64,000 nucleotides of DNA from Eledone cirrhosa (lineage: Eukaryota), in NCBI GenBank assembly GCA_964016885.1, contig OZ024741.1, positions 110,422,001 through 110,486,000 of the forward strand, in the 5' to 3' direction. Within the stretch, counting starts at the first letter, position 1. Each line of letters begins with the position of its first letter. The translations under genes and the position numbers were made by a program. This document shows, one piece after another, positions 12,365 to 24,334 of this stretch. The notes beneath the pieces were generated by a model. That model was not told the origin of the DNA. It searched no databases and was given only the letters and a program-made list of their open reading frames with translations.

Positions 12365-12915
12365 TGGCGTCGTTGAGGATGCTAAAGCTAATGAATTGTT
12401 AATTTGCCGTGAATATTTGCGCAGTAATCTACCTCGGTCTCCTTGATCACACTACATACTTAGTATTTTAAACTCCGGTGACTCCTCATCATCCGGCATT
12501 CGCAAGGGTTCTAGTTGAACTGCTCCTTTATGACAGCACATTGTGGTCCACGTCTTTTTGTGCCTCCAAAGCAATGCTCCACAATGTGGAAACACTGCTC
12601 GTCCACCAATATGAAAATGACACGGTTGCCATGATCCATTTTTAATATCATCCGTTCGCCTTCTAGCCTCTTTACTTGAATGAGGAGCACTTTGGCGACA
12701 CATTCTCTGGACTTCTGTATTGCGCTGGCGCTGTTCAGCCAGCTCTTCATCCATCGCAGCACGTCGTCGCTGCTTGGCTCCAGTGTTTCGTTGGCGTTGT
12801 TCAGCCAGCTCCTCTTCATTCATGGCGGCACGTCTTCGCCTCTGAAGTTCGGCGTTCCGATGGCGCTGTTCGGCCCGTTTTTCTTCATTCCTGGCTGCAC
12901 ACTGTCGCCGCTGTA
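12365..12915 (-). pseudogene. Helitron RepHel N-terminal fragment (STPR-like repeats + Zn-finger)
   Basis: EEELAEQRQRNT repeats, PHCGALLW..CCHKGAVQL, then RLLRKYSRQINNSLALAS further downstream. Confidence 0.8.
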
Positions 12916-12917
12916 GA

Positions 12918-13425
12918 TCATCATCATCATCATCATCATTTTACGTCCACTCTTCCCTGCTTGCAAGGGTGGGACGGGTCTTATTCAGCACAGCATCTCT
13001 CCACTTGTCACGGTCCTTCGTCATCTCCGCCGTGAGCTTCAACGATCTGAGGTCTGTTCTCAGCACCTCCGCCCATGTTTTTCGTGGTCTACCTCTACCA
13101 CATCTTCCTTCAACTGGCATTTCCTGGCACTTCTTCACGCATCAGCCATCCTCCATGCGCATCACATGTCCATACACCTTAGTCTCCTCTCCCGTACACT
13201 ACATTCTATCCCTCTCAGACACAGTTTCTCTCTCAACACATTCATGCTGGGTCGTTCACGCACATTTACACTGCACATCCAACGGAGCATGCTTGCCTCA
13301 TTTCTCTCCAGCCGTCGCATATCCTCTGCAGTTGCTGCCCATGTCTCACTACCATGCAGCATCGCGCTCTTCACACAGGCATCATATAACCGGCCTTTCG
13401 TACGCAGGGAGAAACCCTTCACTGT
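12918..13425 (-). mobile_element. 5'-truncated RTE LINE 3' end inserted in the Helitron
   Basis: KGRLYDACVKSAMLHGSETW..LERNEASMLRWM; GRGRPRKTW; (TGA)n tail at 12918-12940. Confidence 0.9.
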
Positions 13426-14582
13426 TTGATAAAGTCGAATTGCTTTTATTATCAGTATTCATTTCGAGCAATTGTCAAAAAATTACACACTAATAAATAT
13501 AAAAGATGTCCGTTAATGTAAAAAAATGTTCCTATTTACTCCCTTCACAACTCTGTATATGTTAGACTGACAGACAGATAAACTGCGTGGAGATTGTGGA
13601 ACGCCGCACGTACACACACATACACGCATGGAAACGCGCACTCGCACGCAAACTTACACACGCACCCGTGCACTTACACATACGCACACACTCACATGTT
13701 GATAGTTTTTACTTTCTGTGGAACGCTGCACGCACGCACACACACGTAAACATACGCTCACGTACATACACACGCACACATGTTAATAGTTATTGCTTTC
13801 CTTCCCCTCTTATTTCCACACACATCACACACACACGTCTCTACACTGACACATATACATAGTGTATCCAACACAGCGTTCACTTTTCCTCTCTGTTTCT
13901 TACCCTCCCCTCTCACTCCCTCATTGGCATTATGCATAGTAATTTAAGTTTGGCATCATTGAGGTGGGCGGAATCGTTTGAAACCTATGAACCAATGATA
14001 ATCGAGAATTATGACACACGGAATACTGACATTGTTGAAATTAATATATATATATATATATATACAGAGAGAGAGAGACAAAAAATGTGTTATTTGTAGA
14101 AATTAATTAAATAAATAAAAGTGAATATTATTATTTGATAATTGATAGAATAGCCGAACCCGGTATCCAACAATGTAAAATATTTATGCAAAGTCATACG
14201 TAAGTGTAAAGTAGGTAACACCATGCAGAAAACACAGAGTACTATTTAGAATATAACTTTTTAAAAGGTTTAGATATTCGAATAGCCTCGGTGGTTGAGT
14301 AGTACAATCGCTGGTTATATAATTATATGACTGCTAATTTTAAATGGTGAAGAAGCAACCGATATTTTAGACCCCAGCCCGCCAATGCCTTTATATATTT
14401 TTTTCCTTTTTATTCACGCTGCGCCAAGTACATATTGTGTATGTATATATATATATAATATCCTTCCATACCGGTTTCGTTTACTTTATCGTCAGTATGT
14501 ACGAGAGAAAACGGGTTACAATCTGAAGGTATGTACCATAATACCGTAACGTGTGTCTGTTTTTGTGTATATATATATATAC

Positions 14583-14740
14583 ATGGACACACTGGAAGGG
14601 GAAGACCAAGGTTAACGTATGTTGATACCCTAAGGACAGACACTGGTCTGTTGGAGACGCAGAACATGGCACCGATAATGAGGGACAGAGACCGCTGGAG
14701 AGAACTCGTCCATGGATCTCGGGAATTTTACCCGCCCTAG
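14583..14740 (+). mobile_element. LINE extreme 3' fragment (RTE/RTE-X-like)
   Basis: HGHTGRGRPRLTYVDTLRTDTGL..MRDRDRWR C-terminal motif. Confidence 0.7.
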
Positions 14741-14754
14741 AATATATATATGTA

Positions 14755-14856
14755 CAGGGCATCTCCAAAAAATGTATACATACTTCAACAGCATTCTAAA
14801 AATATTGCCTGTGTACAGGTAATCAAAGCGTGTATACATTTTGTGGGGACATGCTG
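14755..14856. mobile_element. Tc1/mariner-type MITE
   Basis: Imperfect ~25-bp TIRs cagggcatctccaaaaaatgtatac / gtatacattttgtggggacatgctg; TA on both sides. Confidence 0.75.
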
Positions 14857-14905
14857 TATAATAACGTACATTTATGTGTATAGCTCTATGCTGGAGCACC
14901 AATAC

Positions 14906-15014
<109 letters not shown>

Positions 15015-15154
15015 GAGTTAAACAATATTCAATGAGTATATCAAAGAATGAGTTTTACAGTAGATTGGAAGCACTCTATGGAAAATAATTTTCCAGAGTT
15101 ATTAATATTAAAATACAAATATTAATAAAATAGATGTTCTTTTTATCTATTAAA

Positions 15155-15210
15155 TTTTATTATACATATTTCGGATGTACAACAGTACGTCCTCGTCAGA
15201 CAAAATATAA
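15155..15210 (-). ncRNA. Minimal type I hammerhead motif
   Basis: CTGACGA gga-cgtac-tgtt-gtac-a-tcc GAAA tat GTA; stem I weak and AU-rich. Confidence 0.65.
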
Positions 15211-16120
15211 TGATACATGACATACCCTGAGATCTTAAATGGTTAAGATTTAATCAAGGTAGTGATTAACCTAAGAGAAAGTTTAACATTTATACCCTAA
15301 TAATGAGAAAATGCGAAAACGTAATAAATTCAATAGAGAATGTGTGAGTAAGAAAAACGTTGCTTAATGTAACAGTTATAGAGATTTTAAAATGTATGAT
15401 ACTACAATTTATCAGGGAGAGCGGTCAATGAGAGCCGCTGGGATAGGATATATATAGAGAGGGAAGATAAGTGGTAATATATGTAGAAGGAGATTTTCCG
15501 AAAGTTAAACGGTTAAGTTTGAAAATATTTAATTTATGCTATTTTAGGGTGAAGAATCAAGATTTTAGGTGTTTTTTTTTAAAGTGCTGGTTATTTATTA
15601 GTTTTGTAAATTCAATAAGTGTTTTAACATTTCTAAACTTCGGAATTTTATGAGAATAAATTTCTTTAAAAGTTATCCTCATAAAATTCCGAAGTTTAGA
15701 AATGTTAAAACACTTATTGAATTTACAAAACTAATAAATAACCTGCAATTTTAAAAAAAACACCTAAAATCTTGATTCTTCACCCTAAAATAGCATAAAT
15801 TAAATATTTTCAAACTTAACCGTTTAACTTTCGGAAAATCTCCTTCTACATATATTACCACTTACCTTCCCTCTCTCTATATATCCTATCCCAGCGGCTC
15901 TCATTGACCGCTCTCCCTGATAAATTGTAGTATCATACATTTTAAAATCTCTATAACTGTTACATTAAGCAACGTTTTTCTTACTCACACATTCTCTATT
16001 GAATTGATTACATTTTCGCATTTTCTCATTATTAGGGTATAAATGTTAAACTTTCTCTTAGGTTAATCACTACCTTGATTAAATCTTAACCATTTAAGAT
16101 CTCAGGGTATGTCATGTATC

Positions 16121-16178
16121 ATTATATTTTGTCTGATGAGGACGTACTGTTGTACATCTGAAATTTGTATAATAAAAT
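16121..16178 (+). ncRNA. Minimal type I hammerhead motif (mirror copy, C11.1->U)
   Basis: CTGATGA ggacgtactgttgtacatct GAAA ttt GTA. Confidence 0.55.
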
Positions 16179-16232
16179 GTAATTGATAAAAAGAACATCT
16201 ATTTTATTAATATTTGTATTTTAATATTTGTA

Positions 16233-16322
<90 letters not shown>

Positions 16323-16328
<6 letters not shown>

Positions 16329-16837
16329 TATGTATACGTACATACATATATGTATACAGACGTACAGTAGTATGTATATATATATACATACATGCACACA
16401 TATATATATGTACGTATGGATTCACCGAACATTTATTATAATGTTCGGTGTGTTTGTAAACAAACATCCCGAATTAAGCCGTACAGTGTCTAGTAACCAT
16501 CGTTGCTCATTTGTTCAACACTGACAAAGGAACGCTGTACTAGTTTCAAGCTTATTAGCTATCGTTAGCAACGTATACCTTCCTGCCAGATGGTTTAACG
16601 TCTGAAAGTATATACTTTCCTTATGCATATTAACGGCTGAGCAGCCTAATTTGCATATCGAGTGAGTTAATCGGCCTGGGTACCGAAAACGATAAACGGA
16701 AAAAAATGAAACGATATTTCATTTCTCACTCTTAGTACGGCTGTTACTTAAATATAAGTATGTATACGTACATACATATATGTATACAGACGTACAGTAG
16801 TATGTATATATATATACATACATGCACACATATATAT

Positions 16838-16922
<85 letters not shown>

Positions 16923-17417
16923 CATACTTCTATTTAAGTAACAGCCGTACTAAGAGTGAGAAATGAAATTTCGTTTCATTTTTTCCGTTTATCGTTTTCG
17001 GTACCCAGGCCGATTAACTCACTCGATATGCAAATTAGGCTGCTCAGCCGTTAATATGCATAAGGAAAGTATATACTTTCAGACGTTCAACCATCTGGCA
17101 GGAAGGTATACGTTGCTGACGATAGCTAATAAGCTTGAAACTAGTACAGCGTTCCTTTGTCAGTGTTGAACAAATGAGCAACGATGGTTGCTAGACACTG
17201 TACGGCTTAATTCGGGATGTTTGTTTACAAACACACCGAGCATTATAATAAATGTTCGGTGAATCCATACGTACATATATATAAGTGTGCATGTATGTAT
17301 ATATATATATACATACTACTGTACGTCTGTATACATATATGTATGTACGCATACATACTTATATTTAAGTAACAGCCGTACTAAGAGTGAGAAATGAAAT
17401 TTCGTTTCATTTTTTCC

Positions 17418-17421
<4 letters not shown>
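16323..17421. mobile_element. Two inverted ~1.2-mers of a ~430-bp hammerhead-containing unit (retrozyme-like)
   Basis: Arm A 16323-16838 (start recurs at 16753), arm B 16919-17421 (start recurs ~431 bp later), separated by (TA)n. Confidence 0.8.
17111..17151 (+). ncRNA. Type I hammerhead ribozyme (mirror copy 16533-16573 on minus strand has G5->A)
   Basis: cgttg CTGACGA t agct-aata-agct t GAAAC ta GTA cagcg. Confidence 0.8.
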
Positions 17422-17491
<70 letters not shown>

Positions 17492-17615
17492 GGAGCGCAT
17501 ATGTATAAGATCAAGTCATATGGGATTTGTTAAGTAAAAATATATTTAGTCTCTGTCTGAAAAAAGAAACCCATGAATAAACCATAGAATCTAGAATGAA
17601 GGTTCGATGCCGCTA

Positions 17616-17730
17616 AGGCAGCGAATTGGCAGAGTTGCGCTCTGAGTTCAAATTTCGCCGAGGTCAACATTTCCTTTCATCCTTTGGATGTCGATAAATA
17701 AAGTACTCATAGAATACTAGGGTCGATTCT
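17616..17730 (+). mobile_element. SINE family A, internally deleted
   Basis: ggcagcgaattggcagag..ctgagttcaaatttcgccgaggtcaac..gtcgataaataaagtac. Confidence 0.75.
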
Positions 17731-17947
17731 CTCACGCTATCTATCTATCTATGTATCTCTTTCTTCCTTTCTTTGGAATTAATCGGTTGTTCTCCGACCT
17801 GGAGAGAGATGGGCTCCACCATGTCAAAAATGCCCATAATCAGTCGTGGGTCAGGACGGTGCCCCTACGACTCCATTAGGAGTTAAGGGACAAAATTAGA
17901 TAAGATAAGATATAACAGCTGTAGTAATTTAATTATATAAAATACAT

Positions 17948-18136
17948 ATACGAAAAGTTCATAGGCTGACTATCAAGGAGTGGTGATAGAGCTGTGAAAT
18001 CTTGCACGCATTAATTTCAACTCTTCTTATTAATAACTATATTGTTTATTTTCAGGGACTATGTTGAAAACTAACCCTGGTCGTTGTATGAGAGTATATT
18101 GGTCAGCCTATGAACTTTTCAGCCGACAATTGTATA
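17948..18136. mobile_element. Mariner-type MITE
   Basis: TIR gaaaagttcataggctgac / gtcagcctatgaacttttc. Confidence 0.75.
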
Positions 18137-18697
18137 CATGCGAAATCTCTTTATGTCTCGTGTGACCATAGGTTTGCACCAGTAAATTTACTCTTCAAGG
18201 CGAATTTTTTTTTTTTTTGTATAGGTTCAACACATAAGAGACCCCCCCCCCCCTCCTCTCTCTATAACACCCATGGTGTTCAAAGGAAAGGAATGGGTCG
18301 ATACAGCTTGTTATCAGTGACGTCGCAGGTCAATTCTGGGCACAAGTACGGATATTATCTCAACTCTCTCTTCTTTGAATCAAGTGAACGAGCATCCAGG
18401 ATGTAACAGTAGAAAGAAGTGAGGGCTGTCCGAGCAGCACTATGTTAGTACTTTATTTATCGACCGCGAAAACGATAAAAGGTAAAGTGGACTTCGGCGG
18501 GATTAGAACACAGAAAAGAAAGAACTAGAACACATAACCAATACTTTCGCAAATCAGCCAAATAACCGGTTACGTACACATACAAGAATGCACTACATAC
18601 ACTGTATATGCAAGAGTACACGTCCAATAAAACTATACTGAAGCTACAATTAGATACACATATTCACTATATTCACTATAAACTAATATACTCAGAG

Positions 18698-18733
<36 letters not shown>

Positions 18734-18845
18734 ACTATAACTAAGTATACATCCACACATATACATAGATGTACATACACATACATAAATGCACACACTC
18801 ACATACATATATACACATATACATACACACATACACACACACGCA

Positions 18846-18911
18846 CATACATACATACATACATACATGATGGCTGCCCCCTCGTTATCGAGTATGGCCA
18901 TTGCACAATAA

Positions 18912-18950
<39 letters not shown>

Positions 18951-18959
18951 AATAAATAA

Positions 18960-19005
<46 letters not shown>

Positions 19006-19084
19006 GCAATAATAATAATAACGACAACAACAATAATAATATACATATTCATATATATATACACACACACGCACGCACATAAGC

Positions 19085-19122
<38 letters not shown>

Positions 19123-22100
19123 GATAGCAACTAACAGTGCTGCGATCGAATGTGGCTTTTTAGCCCAGCCAATGATCCAAAATGTCTTGCACAGAGTCGG
19201 CAACCAAAACATTTACTGGGAATAGTCGGCTGTGGTTGGAGTTCGTGTACTTTTGCATGTCGCTTGAGTCCTCCTGCTGATTTACATTCTCTACCACATG
19301 TTTGGCAAGCATGATGAGTAGCATCTCCAACAGCAGCCTGGTAGTCAACCACTGGTCTTACTTTATGACTGCGAAGATGACTTTCGAGTCCAGCTTTGCT
19401 TAGGCAGAGTCTCGCACAGACGCTGCATGTCAGAAACATAGGAGGACCCTCGCCGTCTGGAAGTGCAACAGCAATACCCTTCCTCACGTCCCGCTTTACT
19501 TTCTCGTGTGCGATTCGAGATGCCTCAAAGGCAACTTTTCCCTCATATACAGTCTTTCTCCATTTATTACGATCAGCAGCAATATTTTCCCATGTATCAG
19601 CAGAGATGTTAGCGTCTTTCAGAGAGGCCTTCAAGGAATCCTTATACCTCTTTTTTGGTTTATGTGGCGGTCGTTTTCCTTTAACCAACTCTCCATAGAA
19701 GAGTTGTTTTGGTATTCTAGAATCCTTCATCCTGGCAAGGTGACCACTCCAACGGAGTCGCTGCTTAAGCACAAGAGCTTCTATACTGTCACACATAGAG
19801 CTTTCCAAAATCTCGACATCACTGATGTGGTCCCCCCAGCGAACGCCATGTATCCGTCTGAGACACATCTGATGGAAACGCTCCAATTGCTTAAGGTGGC
19901 GTCGATATGTGACCCAGGTCTCGCAGGCATAAAGAAGACAAGAGAGTACACATGCCCTGTACACCCTTACCTTTGTCCTCCTGCATATGTCTCGCCGACC
20001 CCAGAGTCGCCTTTCTAGCTTTCCGAAAGCATCACTTGCTTTCCTAATCCTAAGTGAGATTTCACCGTCAAGGTTGCCGTATCGATTGACAGTGCTTCCC
20101 AGGTAGACAAACTGATCAACCACTCCAAGTCGTTTGCCATACACATAGATGTTTGGTTCAGTGTACTGCCTACCAGGTGCAGGTTGGTACATGACGACGG
20201 TTTTCTTGAGACTGACAGTCAAACCCAGGGCAGTGCAAGCGTCAGAAAATACATTCAAAATGTGCTGCATATCACTCTCTGTGTGCGCTACAAGATCGCA
20301 ATCATCTGCATACAAGAGGTCTCTTATGACTGATGTAAATACTTTTGTCTTCGCAGCAAAGCGCCTGATGTTAAATATGCTGCCTGAGGTTCGATATCGG
20401 ATGTAAACACCATGCTCGCAATTCCTGAATGCAATACAGAAAACCATTGCAAAGTATATGGCAAACAGGGTCGGTGCTGGAATATCCCCCTGTTTCACTC
20501 CATTTTTTACTGAGATAGGCTCCGACATGTTACCTCCGACATTAACCCAAGCCTTCATGTCGTCATGGAAAGACCTAACTAAAGCAAGGAACTTATCAGG
20601 GCAACCAAGTTTCTGGAGAACCTTCCATAATGCATCTCTGTTGACAGTATCGAAAGCCTTTGTCAGATCGACAAAAACCTGATACAGATCCAAGCCCTGT
20701 TCAATGCACTTCTCCTGGAGCTGTCTAGCTGAGAAGATCATATCAGTAGTGCCGCGTCCAACACGAAAACCAGATTGACTTTCAGGAAGGACACAATCTG
20801 CAATGTGTGTCAGCAGACGGTCCAGAAGCACCCTACATAAAACTTTCCCCACGACAGAAAGCAATGATATACCTCTGTAGTTCCCACAATCATTCCTGTT
20901 ACCCTTTCCCTTGTACAAGACCACCATTACTGCATCTCTCCAGTCCTCAGGCACGGATTCATTGGCCCATATCCTTCCAAACAGAGAGTGAAGATGTTGC
21001 AGGAGTCTCTCACCACCATATTGTAGGAGCTCAGCATGTATGCCATCCATACCTGGAGATCTTCCACTGTTCAGCTTCGAAATAGCCACTGCAACCTCCA
21101 CAAGTGTCGGAGGCTCTGCGAGAGCTACTTTCACAGGACTTTCCGGAATGAGATTGAGGAAATCTTCACTGACGACAGACGGCTGATTCAAAAGATCATC
21201 AAAGTGCTCCCGCCACCTTCGTAGAATTCCCTGTGAGTCACGAAGAAGTTCTTTGCCATCCTTGCTGCGAATCGGTGTCACCAGAGAAGAAGACGGTCCA
21301 TAAACCTCACGCAAGAGACTGTACAACAGCTTTGTGTTATTGCAATCAGACGCAGTTTGTATCTCACCAGCCTTCTCACTCCACCACTGATCCTTCATCT
21401 GAGAAAGACTCCGCCTAACACGTGATTTTACATCCCTGAGCTCCTCATGCAACGTATTCCTCTCCTGTGGTCTTGCCGTCAAGTAGCGTGACAGAGCGCG
21501 CCTCTTATCAGCCAACAAGTCATCTATATGCACATCTTTCTCATTAAACCAGTCCTGATGTTTTCTCTGCACCAATCCCAGAACACGTCTGCCTACATCA
21601 TAAACCGACTTTTTAAGGGTCGGCCAATCCTCACCAAGATCTGCAGCCTGCATCTCTTCTTCCAATGTCCTCTTCACATTTTTATCCTTAAGACGAGCAG
21701 CATTCAATCTTTTGGGCAGGGTAACACCAGGAGCCCGGATTTTACGTTTGGTGATTAGATTCACTTTTGCGCGTACCAGGCGGTGGTCCGTCCAGCACTC
21801 AGCTCCACGAAGAACACGAACACACCGCACATCCTGTCTGTCACGCATCCTGACTAGGACGTAGTCCAAAAGATGCCATTCCTTAGATGCAGGATGCATC
21901 CATGTGGTCTTGAATTTGTTCTTTTGTTGGAACATGGTGTTGGTAACACACAGATCCAGCTCCTCACACATCTGCAGCAAGAGCATACCATTGCTGTTAC
22001 ACTTTCCCACCCCATGCCTTCCGATTACATTCCATGTGTTAAAATCCCTACCCACTCTAGCATTAAAGTCACCAAGCACGATGACTTTGTCTGCCTGAGG

Positions 22101-22685
22101 GATATTTCTTAAAACACCTTTCAAGGCATGGTAAAAGGACAGTTTTTCTTCATCGACAGAATTCATAGTTGGAGCATACACACTCACCAGGGTAGCATAT
22201 CTTCCCTTGTCCAGCGGAACTCTCATGGACATAAGACGCTCACTAATCCCCACTGGGAATTCCTCCAATTTATTCACCAGTACAGTCTTAACAGCAAATC
22301 CTACCCCAGCCTCTCTTCTGGTTCCTTCATCTCTTCCTTTCCAGAAGAATGTATATTCTCCACAAAATTCCGTAAGATGACCATCTCCAGCTAACCTCGT
22401 CTCAGACAAAGCCACGATGTCAAGATCGTAACGTCGAAGCTCCTTCGCAACAAGAGCGGTCCTTCGTTCAGGACGCTCCAAAGAATCCCTGTCAAGCAGC
22501 GTCCGTACGTTCCAGCAGCCAAGACTAAATGCCCTGTTTGGCTCTATTACAATGGCACGATGACGGGCGGGCCCAGGCTGTGATAACTTGGGGCCCCTGC
22601 CCTTATTGCCAATGATCTTTTTTGTTCCAGAACCCAAATTGGCAATTATCTCGTTTACATTGTTCTGGAACATCATTGAATTGGG

Positions 22686-22719
<34 letters not shown>

Positions 22720-23060
22720 TAATAATAGTAATAACAATAATAATAATAATAATAATACTACACTATTAATAATTATTAATGCACTCGTGCAATGCCTGTG
22801 CGTGACGAATATTTTTAAAGTGAGGAAAGACTGTGCACTGAACCAATCCCACTCTCTGAGCGACAGTAGCTATAACCCGAAAAGAAGAAAAGATCAACAT
22901 CATCGGTAACTACTGAGCCGCAGGTTTTATATCGGAGTTAACCCAGTTTCCTGAGATGCCTTCTCCTAGAAGAATACCCTGACATGGGCTAGGGGTTCTT
23001 CACTCCCAGTGGTTTAACTGCGCGATCGGGCATCCAGCCCGATTATTTCTATGTCCCCGC

Positions 23061-23104
<44 letters not shown>

Positions 23105-23128
23105 ACTTATTGACACTTATACGTACGA
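18846..23128 (-). mobile_element. Full-length RTE-clade (BovB-like) LINE
   Basis: Single long ORF; structured 5'UTR; 3' stem-loop + (TATG)n tail; candidate 16-bp TSD catacacacacacgca (18830-18845 / 23129-23144, low complexity). Confidence 0.92.
19131..22676 (-). CDS. RTE ORF: AP endonuclease + reverse transcriptase + three C-terminal C2H2 zinc fingers (1181 aa)
   Basis: WNVRTL, ALSETR, GDFNA, LLDY, TDH (APE); GKSPG-like GRSPGMDG, NYRGISLL, QSGFR, FVDLTKAFD, GVKQG, YADD (RT); CxxC-x12-HxxxH fingers; no stops. Confidence 0.97.
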   Translation of the reverse strand: MMFQNNVNEIIANLGSGTKKIIGNKGRGPKLSQPGPARHRAIVIEPNRAFSLGCWNVRTLLDRDSLERPERRTALVAKELRRYDLDIVALSETRLAGDGHLTEFCGEYTFFWKGRDEGTRREAGVGFAVKTVLVNKLEEFPVGISERLMSMRVPLDKGRYATLVSVYAPTMNSVDEEKLSFYHALKGVLRNIPQADKVIVLGDFNARVGRDFNTWNVIGRHGVGKCNSNGMLLLQMCEELDLCVTNTMFQQKNKFKTTWMHPASKEWHLLDYVLVRMRDRQDVRCVRVLRGAECWTDHRLVRAKVNLITKRKIRAPGVTLPKRLNAARLKDKNVKRTLEEEMQAADLGEDWPTLKKSVYDVGRRVLGLVQRKHQDWFNEKDVHIDDLLADKRRALSRYLTARPQERNTLHEELRDVKSRVRRSLSQMKDQWWSEKAGEIQTASDCNNTKLLYSLLREVYGPSSSLVTPIRSKDGKELLRDSQGILRRWREHFDDLLNQPSVVSEDFLNLIPESPVKVALAEPPTLVEVAVAISKLNSGRSPGMDGIHAELLQYGGERLLQHLHSLFGRIWANESVPEDWRDAVMVVLYKGKGNRNDCGNYRGISLLSVVGKVLCRVLLDRLLTHIADCVLPESQSGFRVGRGTTDMIFSARQLQEKCIEQGLDLYQVFVDLTKAFDTVNRDALWKVLQKLGCPDKFLALVRSFHDDMKAWVNVGGNMSEPISVKNGVKQGDIPAPTLFAIYFAMVFCIAFRNCEHGVYIRYRTSGSIFNIRRFAAKTKVFTSVIRDLLYADDCDLVAHTESDMQHILNVFSDACTALGLTVSLKKTVVMYQPAPGRQYTEPNIYVYGKRLGVVDQFVYLGSTVNRYGNLDGEISLRIRKASDAFGKLERRLWGRRDICRRTKVRVYRACVLSCLLYACETWVTYRRHLKQLERFHQMCLRRIHGVRWGDHISDVEILESSMCDSIEALVLKQRLRWSGHLARMKDSRIPKQLFYGELVKGKRPPHKPKKRYKDSLKASLKDANISADTWENIAADRNKWRKTVYEGKVAFEASRIAHEKVKRDVRKGIAVALPDGEGPPMFLTCSVCARLCLSKAGLESHLRSHKVRPVVDYQAAVGDATHHACQTCGRECKSAGGLKRHAKVHELQPQPTIPSKCFGCRLCARHFGSLAGLKSHIRSQHC

Positions 23129-23621
23129 CATACACACACACGCATACATATGCGTGCACACAGCAACACTCACACACACAACAAACACACACACACGCTA
23201 CTCTACTCACTTACACGCACACACACACATATATATATATATATATTACCGTCATTACTGATACAAGATTACCAGATTATGTCAACTGTTGACTTTCAAG
23301 AGTTTGTATAGTTGAAGCCGATCGTATTACAGTCCAGTATTACTATAATTGCTTTACAGCATAGAGTTATGGCTCTCCACGGAGTCAACAAAAGAGAGTA
23401 CCAGTGATGCGCTGGCCAGTCGCTGGATCCGTGCCAAAAGCAGAAAAATTATTATTAAAGTTGTTCTTAAGGCCAGGTCGCTGGTGATGGTGATGGCGAC
23501 GGCGGTGGCGGTGGTGGTGGTGGTGGCAGTTGATGTTGTTGTTCTGTTGTGTGTGTGTGTGTGTGTGTGTGTTTTGTTATTTTGAGTTTTTTTTTTTTTT
23601 TTTTTCCTTTCTTTTTTTTCT

Positions 23622-23654
<33 letters not shown>

Positions 23655-24252
23655 CCTCCCCTTCCCTTTTCTTTTTTTCTTTTCCCTTCCTTTTTTTTAT
23701 GTTTTGTTGCCGCTGTTGTTGTTGTTGTTGTAATTGTTGTAAATGTTCATTTCAGTTCATTCTGAAGCTGTTGTTGCTGTAAACATTAGGGCCGGTGTTG
23801 TTGTTGTTGTAGATGTTGGGGTTGAAATCTGGTTGTTTGACTGAGTGTTGTATCGGGTAGATTTGTTCCAATTATTGCTCTAAAATGTTCCTTGATTGTC
23901 AATAAAGCATGTTGGGGTTGAAATCTGGTTGTTTGACTGAGTGATGTATATACACACATATACATACACACACATATATATATATACATTCATCAGAGAG
24001 TAGAGAGTTTGACAACAGGTCGATGACTTTAGTCTCGATAGGGTATGGTATGGTAATGACATGTGATGGTGGGGAGAGAGTGTAGACGTTATTGTGGTGG
24101 TGTGGACAGTGAGATGTATCTAGTTCATTTGACCGTTTTCTTCTCTTAGCAAAATTTGAATTCTAGCCATGTTATATTGATACATACATACATACATACA
24201 TACATACATACATACATACATACATACATACATACATACACACACATACACA

Positions 24253-24334
<82 letters not shown>

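Larger units (their letters stand above)
11865..14045 (-). mobile_element. Helitron (internally rearranged)
   Basis: 3' end acccgggcgaagctgggt hairpin + CTAG|T at 11865; RepHel fragment inside; ~190-bp internal direct repeat (12185-12380 / 13770-13965). Confidence 0.75.
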
